Under the pieces are notes generated by a model. The model saw only the letters and a program-made list of their open reading frames with translations. It ran no database searches and was not told the DNA's origin. From Shigella phage Sf19, in the sequence record MF327005: a stretch of DNA of 64,000 nt, one strand, 5' to 3'. Positions 58,663 through 64,000 of the stretch are shown here, in pieces (position 1 is the first letter of the stretch; each line of letters begins with the position of its first letter). The translations under genes were made by a program, and so were the position numbers.

Positions 58663-59175
58663 ATGAATTTTGTTGAAGCTACCTTTGAAGTCCAAAAAGA
58701 AAAATTCACTATCATCTATGAAGCTGTTAATATTTGTGAAGCATCCCATTGTGTGGAGAATTGGAAGTTTACCGATGAGCACAAAGGCGGGGTTACAATC
58801 AAACTTAAAAATCCAGAGCGTAACGGGTACAAATATGCAACTCCACAGCATTACAGCCTTTCACAATTGATGAGTGATTATGCTAAACAAGGCCGCGAAA
58901 ATCCATCTATAGAGGCTTACAAGAGCTTACAAGATGAATTACAAAGAGATTTAGAAGCTAACAGCTATGTGCTATTTGCAAAGGTAGAAGATAAAGAAGG
59001 TAATACGGTATTAAATAGCTTTTCACTTGCTTATGGTTTCGATTGGTGTTATCTTGACGGGGAAGATTTAGATTCACGATTAGAAGAGGAAGTGTCGAAC
59101 TCCGATGGAGAATCTGAAGTAATGGAACGTTTAGAAGCCTTGAAAGATTCTGTTATGAATATCTTTAATATCTAA
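58663..59175 (+). CDS. early protein
   Basis: 170-aa acidic ORF after class II cassette. Confidence 0.55.
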   Translation: MNFVEATFEVQKEKFTIIYEAVNICEASHCVENWKFTDEHKGGVTIKLKNPERNGYKYATPQHYSLSQLMSDYAKQGRENPSIEAYKSLQDELQRDLEANSYVLFAKVEDKEGNTVLNSFSLAYGFDWCYLDGEDLDSRLEEEVSNSDGESEVMERLEALKDSVMNIFNI

Positions 59176-59181
59176 AAGTGC

Positions 59182-59210
59182 TTTACATGGGGTTATCAAG
59201 TTGATAAGAT
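59182..59210 (+). promoter_or_regulatory. early promoter class II (TTTACA-17-TAAGAT)
   Basis: Conserved cassette copy. Confidence 0.55.
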
Positions 59211-59259
59211 AGCCCCAGATAAAGAGCTTTACAAACAATCCTAAACTGGAGAACCTAAA

Positions 59260-59556
59260 ATGTTTATTGCCGCAAACGTTAGAACTAAATTAAGCCAGCT
59301 ATTAAGCAATATTCAATTCATTGAATCCATGCGCCGTACTTCTGAAGCCGTAGAGTGGTATCATGGAAAGATTAACAAAAAAGAAGTAATAATTTGTGTA
59401 TGGAACTTTTGCAAAGAATACAAAAAACCATTGCTTCAGGTTGATATATATGATAACACTAATAAGTCATCGATTAAGACTACTAGAGATATGGTTGATT
59501 CATATGAAATTAGTCACACTGGTAAAGTATTCCACAAAGGTAAAAACAAATGTTAA
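59260..59556 (+). CDS. early small protein
   Basis: 98-aa ORF after class II cassette. Confidence 0.55.
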   Translation: MFIAANVRTKLSQLLSNIQFIESMRRTSEAVEWYHGKINKKEVIICVWNFCKEYKKPLLQVDIYDNTNKSSIKTTRDMVDSYEISHTGKVFHKGKNKC

Positions 59557-59897
59557 TCACATACACTGCAATTTTTATCTCTATTGTGGCGCTCTATAAA
59601 GCTTTGCAAGCGCACAGTATAGCTAATAAGGCACTTACAAGGGATTTAAAAATAAACCTTGTACGGGGCTTTTTAGAGCGTTTGAGCTTAGAACAATTGA
59701 AACGTTTAGAGATGAGCTTTCGATTTAAAGCAGAAACATACCGGATTGATAACATTCTAGATGGTGATTTTAAATTAATCAGTGATTATGACATACTTCT
59801 TGAGTCAATTCAAGACATAAACCTGAAAGATTATTATATTGTAATAGCGCAAGAAATTAATAAAAAAGAGCTTGCAATGCAGAATCAAAACAAGTAA
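59550..59897 (+). CDS. early protein
   Basis: 115-aa ORF, 7-nt overlap with upstream gene; 3' end contains next promoter. Confidence 0.45.
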   Translation: MLITYTAIFISIVALYKALQAHSIANKALTRDLKINLVRGFLERLSLEQLKRLEMSFRFKAETYRIDNILDGDFKLISDYDILLESIQDINLKDYYIVIAQEINKKELAMQNQNK

Positions 59898-59900
59898 AGT
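59872..59900 (+). promoter_or_regulatory. early promoter class I (TTGCAA-17-TAAAGT)
   Basis: Embedded in last codons of upstream gene; identical 44-bp block recurs at 63322-63365. Confidence 0.55.
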
Positions 59901-59955
59901 ATTCATCAACGGGGCAAGTTATAAGCCCCAACAATCCTAAACTGGAGAATCTAAA

Positions 59956-60228
59956 ATGTATACTACTAATGACGGTCGAACTTTGAACGTAACTTTAAAA
60001 CACTATGTAGACGGTGTATTAAACTTTGAAGAGTTAAGAGCAGAACAGCACCTATTAGATTGGCAGGTAGCAGGTCTACAAAAAACCGCCACAGGATATG
60101 GAAAGAAAATTCCTACATCTTGGAAAGTTCGATACCTTGGAAAGTTACGCAGAATTTATCAAGATGTTTACAGTAATAGCGGTGTAAGTTACATTATTGT
60201 TAGTGGTAAAAAATTGTATTTAGTCTAA
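59956..60228 (+). CDS. early small protein
   Basis: 90-aa ORF after class I cassette. Confidence 0.55.
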   Translation: MYTTNDGRTLNVTLKHYVDGVLNFEELRAEQHLLDWQVAGLQKTATGYGKKIPTSWKVRYLGKLRRIYQDVYSNSGVSYIIVSGKKLYLV

Positions 60229-60236
60229 TAAATTGC

Positions 60237-60265
60237 TTTACATGGGGTTATCAAGTTGCTAAGAT
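60237..60265 (+). promoter_or_regulatory. early promoter class II (TTTACA-17-TAAGAT)
   Basis: Conserved cassette copy. Confidence 0.55.
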
Positions 60266-60317
60266 AGCCCCAGATAAAGAGATTTATCTAAAACTAACCT
60301 AAACTGGAGACTAGAAA

Positions 60318-60725
60318 ATGACTAATGTTAATCACAAAGAAGTTGCAATTTTGAAAGCACGTTTGACCATTAACCGCATCAACATTGTAACATCAGCAGC
60401 ACCAGACGAAACACTACATAATATCATCGGTAAAATTCAGGGCGCAGTAGTAGACACAAAACAGCTTAAAGAATCCTTGCAAGATGTAGCAGCAGGAGCT
60501 ATAATTGACGGTGCTCAGTATGAGATGAAAGAAATGCTGTCAAAGTCAAAAGTAATGAATAAAGAACTTGACTTGAAAATGTTTAGATTTGCTGTTAAAG
60601 TGTGGCTATGTGTTGATTTTGATGCAAACTTTGCAATTGCTGATTTCTTTGCAACATGGTTACAGCGTAACTTACCGGTTGAAGTTTTCCGTGAAATCTG
60701 CGATGCAATTTATTCAGAGATTTGA
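60318..60725 (+). CDS. early protein
   Basis: 135-aa ORF after class II cassette. Confidence 0.55.
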   Translation: MTNVNHKEVAILKARLTINRINIVTSAAPDETLHNIIGKIQGAVVDTKQLKESLQDVAAGAIIDGAQYEMKEMLSKSKVMNKELDLKMFRFAVKVWLCVDFDANFAIADFFATWLQRNLPVEVFREICDAIYSEI

Positions 60726-60754
60726 TTGACATTGCAAAAGCATAGTAGTAGAGT
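60726..60754 (+). promoter_or_regulatory. early promoter class I (TTGACA-17-TAGAGT)
   Basis: Followed by CATCAACGGGGCAAGTTAGAAGCCCC hairpin and conserved leader. Confidence 0.5.
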
Positions 60755-60810
60755 ACTCATCAACGGGGCAAGTTAGAAGCCCCAACAATCCTAAACTGGA
60801 GAATCTGAAA

Positions 60811-61059
60811 ATGTTTAATATGTTGAATATCCCTGATACATGCCGACTCTTAACACAACTTGATAACCTTGGCAAGCCGTTTTTATATCATATGCCAGAT
60901 AACACTGCAAAAACTTACAGTTACATTGTAAACCGTTTTACGGCTTATGGTTCAAAGTATGGCTATAATGTCAAGACTCAAAAAGTGACTTTGTTCACAA
61001 GTATTGAAGAGTTACCAACTGTTGCCGTTAAACTAATCTTTACAAAGAAAACTAAATAA
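60811..61059 (+). CDS. early small protein
   Basis: 82-aa ORF after class I cassette. Confidence 0.55.
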   Translation: MFNMLNIPDTCRLLTQLDNLGKPFLYHMPDNTAKTYSYIVNRFTAYGSKYGYNVKTQKVTLFTSIEELPTVAVKLIFTKKTK

Positions 61060-61064
61060 AGTGC

Positions 61065-61093
61065 TTTACATGGGGTTTATAGTTAGATAAGAT
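61065..61093 (+). promoter_or_regulatory. early promoter class II (TTTACA-17-TAAGAT)
   Basis: Conserved cassette copy. Confidence 0.55.
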
Positions 61094-61143
61094 AAGCCCC
61101 AGATAAAGAGCTTTACCAACAATCCTAAACTGGAGAATCTAAA

Positions 61144-61701
61144 ATGAAATGCTTTCATGGTACTACACAAGAAAACTTTGTAAACCTTATCAATGGCGGT
61201 GATAAACCATCAGGAGCTTGGAATTGCTCTGATATGGATGGATGTTTTTACGTCTACCCTGTTAACAAGTTCTATGATGTAGAGAATCTGGATGACGAAC
61301 AAATCACAGATGAAGGTATTAGAAACGCGCTTGATAGCGCAAGCATTACAGCAGCCTATCAAATGAAGTCACAAAAGCTTGTTATCTTGGAACTGGATAT
61401 TCCAGAAGATGATTTACAAGATGACTGGAGCTGTGAGAACATGAGCGACGTAGCAAGCTTTACAGAATATTTCGATAAAGAATGGATTAAAAAGGTTTAC
61501 ACAACTGAATTTAATGCTATGTATGCACCTTTCTTTGTCCCTAACCTAAACAATAGAAATTTAGGATATGTACCAGACGAACTACGCAACATTGCAGAAA
61601 TAGTCCAACGTAGTGATGGGATGAGCAATGTATATTGTGATATCTTTGACACCATGCAATGCAACGTAACAGAAACGGTTATAAACGACTTAACAGCATA
61701 A
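61144..61701 (+). CDS. early protein
   Basis: 185-aa ORF after class II cassette. Confidence 0.55.
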   Translation: MKCFHGTTQENFVNLINGGDKPSGAWNCSDMDGCFYVYPVNKFYDVENLDDEQITDEGIRNALDSASITAAYQMKSQKLVILELDIPEDDLQDDWSCENMSDVASFTEYFDKEWIKKVYTTEFNAMYAPFFVPNLNNRNLGYVPDELRNIAEIVQRSDGMSNVYCDIFDTMQCNVTETVINDLTA

Positions 61702-61764
61702 ACCATAGAATCACACCAGTTCACTAGAAAAGCCCCGCACAGGGGCTTACAAGAGGCTTAAAAG

Positions 61765-61995
61765 ATGCTTACAACAATCTATCTTATCTTATCTATCTGT
61801 AATGGTTCACAATGTGACTTTAAAGGTTTAGAAGAGTTTACAGGTAGCGAAAATAATGCTATTGTTGCCTGTCAGATAGCAAGGCAAGACTACCCAACAT
61901 CGGATGATATCCAATGTTACTATAAGTCAGAAGATGATGAAGGTATTTACTTTGATAGTGTGAATGGTGAATATGAGATTCTTATAGAAAAGTAG
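61765..61995 (+). CDS. early small protein
   Basis: 76-aa ORF with hydrophobic N-terminus; own leader with hairpin AGCCCC-GCACA-GGGGCT and AAGAGG RBS. Confidence 0.45.
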   Translation: MLTTIYLILSICNGSQCDFKGLEEFTGSENNAIVACQIARQDYPTSDDIQCYYKSEDDEGIYFDSVNGEYEILIEK

Positions 61996-62024
61996 TTGAC
62001 ACTGAAAACGCAAGAAAGTAAAGT
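61996..62024 (+). promoter_or_regulatory. early promoter class I (TTGACA-17-TAAAGT)
   Basis: Followed by CATCAACGGGAAACATCCC hairpin and conserved leader. Confidence 0.55.
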
Positions 62025-62073
62025 ATTCATCAACGGGAAACATCCCAACAATCCTAAACTGGAGATTCAAAAA

Positions 62074-62295
62074 ATGTTGCAAGTTCTTAACGTAAAAACC
62101 ATTGATTTTAAATTCTCAAATGTTCGTCGTACCTATTTACAGCCGTTTAGTAAACCTGTTAGGATTCCCAACGATGACGCTAAAAAGTTGATTGATGAAA
62201 TTCTAGCTAATGGCGGTTATCTGGCTAGTCATAAGCAGTATAATGATGAGGATGGAAGCCTGATAAATGAGTTTACATATTATTACTACAAATAA
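62074..62295 (+). CDS. early small protein
   Basis: Start set at ATG 62074 after the conserved leader; track ORF begins upstream within the promoter. Confidence 0.5.
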   Translation: MLQVLNVKTIDFKFSNVRRTYLQPFSKPVRIPNDDAKKLIDEILANGGYLASHKQYNDEDGSLINEFTYYYYK

Positions 62296-62307
62296 CTAAT
62301 AAAGTGC

Positions 62308-62336
62308 TTTACATGGGGTTTATAGTTAGCTAAGAT
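62308..62336 (+). promoter_or_regulatory. early promoter class II (TTTACA-17-TAAGAT)
   Basis: Conserved cassette copy. Confidence 0.55.
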
Positions 62337-62386
62337 AAGCCCCAGATAAAGAGCTTTACCAACAATCCTAAACTGGAGAATCTAGA

Positions 62387-62584
62387 ATGTTATCACTGAT
62401 GCAAAAACTTTCTACCTTGTGGTGTTTAAAAGGTGTAGAGTGTAACCTTAACATGGAAGGTTCAAAGATAGACCTAAAAATAGTATACAATGGAGAAATA
62501 CTATTCTCACAGAATAGCAGTCATCCACACTTCAAAGATAATGCAATTATGGCCGTGAATAATCTGATGGATAGAATTTATTAA
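62387..62584 (+). CDS. early small protein
   Basis: 65-aa ORF after class II cassette. Confidence 0.5.
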   Translation: MLSLMQKLSTLWCLKGVECNLNMEGSKIDLKIVYNGEILFSQNSSHPHFKDNAIMAVNNLMDRIY

Positions 62585-62589
62585 AGTGC

Positions 62590-62618
62590 TTTACATGGGG
62601 TTTAAAAGCTAGTATCTT
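62590..62618 (+). promoter_or_regulatory. early promoter class II (TTTACA-17-TATCTT)
   Basis: Conserved cassette copy. Confidence 0.55.
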
Positions 62619-62669
62619 AAGCCCCAGATAAAGAGCTTTACCAACAATCCTAAACTGGAGAATCTGAAA

Positions 62670-63011
62670 ATGGCCTATGTAACAATTATCACCGATAAAG
62701 AAAATTCGTCATGGTCTACCCAAGTTAACGACAAAATGAAACCTATGCAGTGTCTCAAGTACTTTGAGCAATGGAACAGGGGAGAAGATGTAAGCCCGTT
62801 TCAAGTGATGCAGATTGTACATGTTGACAATGAAGGGAATAAAACTACCCTTAACACTGAATACTATGCTACACGTTTCGAAACTCGCAAATCAGCTATG
62901 CAGGAGTTAAGAGAAAAGGGATATAGTCACATTGCCGCGCTCATTTGGTCTGATTTGCTTAAAAAACAGTCATTAACCTATGTTAAGCCAGAAAAAATCT
63001 TTATAAGCTAA
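62670..63011 (+). CDS. early protein
   Basis: 113-aa ORF after class II cassette. Confidence 0.55.
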   Translation: MAYVTIITDKENSSWSTQVNDKMKPMQCLKYFEQWNRGEDVSPFQVMQIVHVDNEGNKTTLNTEYYATRFETRKSAMQELREKGYSHIAALIWSDLLKKQSLTYVKPEKIFIS

Positions 63012-63139
63012 TCAACAACTTATAAAAATCTTTTGAAAAACTATTGACAATGCCCCTTGACAAGTGTAACTTTGTTCGAGGGGGTTTATCTAAAAGGGAT
63101 TAACTTAATAGATTCTTTATAGATAAGCGTAAAAAGTAC

Positions 63140-63168
63140 TTGCAAAGGTCTAATCATATCTATATAGT
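63140..63168 (+). promoter_or_regulatory. early promoter class I variant (TTGCAA-17-TATAGT)
   Basis: Followed by leader ...CCTAAACTGGAGAATCACTAAATG. Confidence 0.5.
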
Positions 63169-63207
63169 GTCTTCAAAAGGCAACTTCCTAAACTGGAGAA
63201 TCACTAA

Positions 63208-63348
63208 ATGTTAGATATCATTAAAAGCCCTATCCTTTGCGGTATGATTGTTTCTGTTGTGTTGCCATTAGCAATGCTCATCATTGGTGAAATCTCAGAT
63301 AAACTTTTTGATAAAAAACTACTTGCAATGCAGAATCAAAACAAGTAA
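63208..63348 (+). CDS. small membrane peptide (below track threshold)
   Basis: 46-aa hydrophobic ORF; C-terminal MQNQNK codons identical to end of 59550-59897. Confidence 0.35.
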   Translation: MLDIIKSPILCGMIVSVVLPLAMLIIGEISDKLFDKKLLAMQNQNK

Positions 63349-63351
63349 AGT
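63323..63351 (+). promoter_or_regulatory. early promoter class I (TTGCAA-17-TAAAGT)
   Basis: Exact duplicate of block at 59872-59900. Confidence 0.55.
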
Positions 63352-63412
63352 ATTCATCAACGGGGAGGGAGACCTCCCCACTAAACAAAATTCCTAAACT
63401 GGAGAATCTAGA

Positions 63413-63940
63413 ATGAATAAGTTTAATGCTGTTAATGCAATCCGTAGCCGTGAAGTGATGAGCAAGCCTTGTAAAGATACTTGGGAATTTACCTTAAAGA
63501 GCAAAGTTTTTGCAGTTATCACAAAAGGGGAAGATAAGCAGTTTTATGTACACCGACCAAATGTAAAAGCGGTAACAGCCAACAACTTTATGGGGGCTAT
63601 TTCTCTTATTCTGAATGATTATATGGCTATAGTCGCAGAAATTCACGAAATGGCTATTAAGGCAACTAAAAACGAGTTAAACCGCTTTAAAATGGCTTAT
63701 GAGCGCTCTATTAAGTCCCATAATCTTTTTATTGCAATCCACTATACAGGCATGTATGCTATGGGAACGGGTAACCAACAATACCCACTCTATGAAGTGG
63801 AAAACATCTTTACAAGTGACTACCCAACAACTAATTTTAAAATTACGTTAGGGGAAGCATTAAATAGGGGAATTAGGCTTTACGAACAATCTTTAAAAAA
63901 CTTAGAAAATTCCCTTGACGAAATCATCACAAATCTATAA
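63413..63940 (+). CDS. early protein
   Basis: 175-aa ORF after class I cassette. Confidence 0.55.
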   Translation: MNKFNAVNAIRSREVMSKPCKDTWEFTLKSKVFAVITKGEDKQFYVHRPNVKAVTANNFMGAISLILNDYMAIVAEIHEMAIKATKNELNRFKMAYERSIKSHNLFIAIHYTGMYAMGTGNQQYPLYEVENIFTSDYPTTNFKITLGEALNRGIRLYEQSLKNLENSLDEIITNL

Positions 63941-63943
63941 AGT
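63915..63943 (+). promoter_or_regulatory. early promoter class I (TTGACG-17-TAAAGT)
   Basis: -10 overlaps upstream stop codon; conserved leader runs to window end, so the array continues. Confidence 0.5.
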
Positions 63944-64000
63944 ACTTATCAACGGGGAGGGAATGACCTTCCCCAACAATCCTAAACTGGAGACTAGAAA

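Noticed and set aside
61144-61701. Early 185-aa protein as an ADP-ribosyltransferase
   Set aside because: Only vague resemblance (FHGTT near the N-terminus); no clear R-S-E or H-Y-E catalytic triad could be identified by eye.
57760-62640. Regularly recurring near-identical ~90-bp sequences that at first glance resemble a CRISPR repeat-spacer array
   Set aside because: The repeats are promoter plus leader cassettes ending in GGAG-N-ATG, each followed by an ORF of gene length (200-560 bp) rather than short uniform spacers; no cas genes.

Overview
The window is an AT-rich segment of a virulent tailed-phage genome; no host genes, integrase or CRISPR array were seen. It has four blocks. (1) 1-16445, plus strand: tail morphogenesis with a contractile-tail-like layout (putative sheath, tube, chaperones, 745-aa tape measure, baseplate proteins, two paralogous His-rich tail fibres), then two small membrane proteins. 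(2) 16482-27400, minus strand: thymidylate synthase, DHFR, small proteins, ATP-dependent DNA ligase and a family A DNA polymerase, interrupted by two oversized structured intergenic elements. (3) 27660-56872, plus strand: dNMP kinase, primase-helicase, SSB-like protein, FEN-type exonuclease, NrdA/NrdB, glutaredoxin, NrdD/NrdG, a PRPP-synthetase-like plus NAMPT-like NAD+ gene pair, an rIIA-like GHKL protein, a secreted lytic transglycosylase, an overlapping spanin pair and a macro-domain protein. (4) 57299-64000: an array of at least 16 small genes, most preceded by one of two classes of near-identical sigma70-like promoter plus 5' leader cassettes. The gene content resembles FelixO1-like virulent myoviruses from memory, but no search was run. 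Best candidates for something undescribed: the duplicated composite non-coding elements at about 20.5 and 22.0 kb, which contain helically phased 10-bp repeats and a covarying hairpin, and the NAD+ salvage/reconstitution pair. All family calls rest on motifs read by eye, and all coordinates of non-ORF features were counted by hand and may be off by a few bases.
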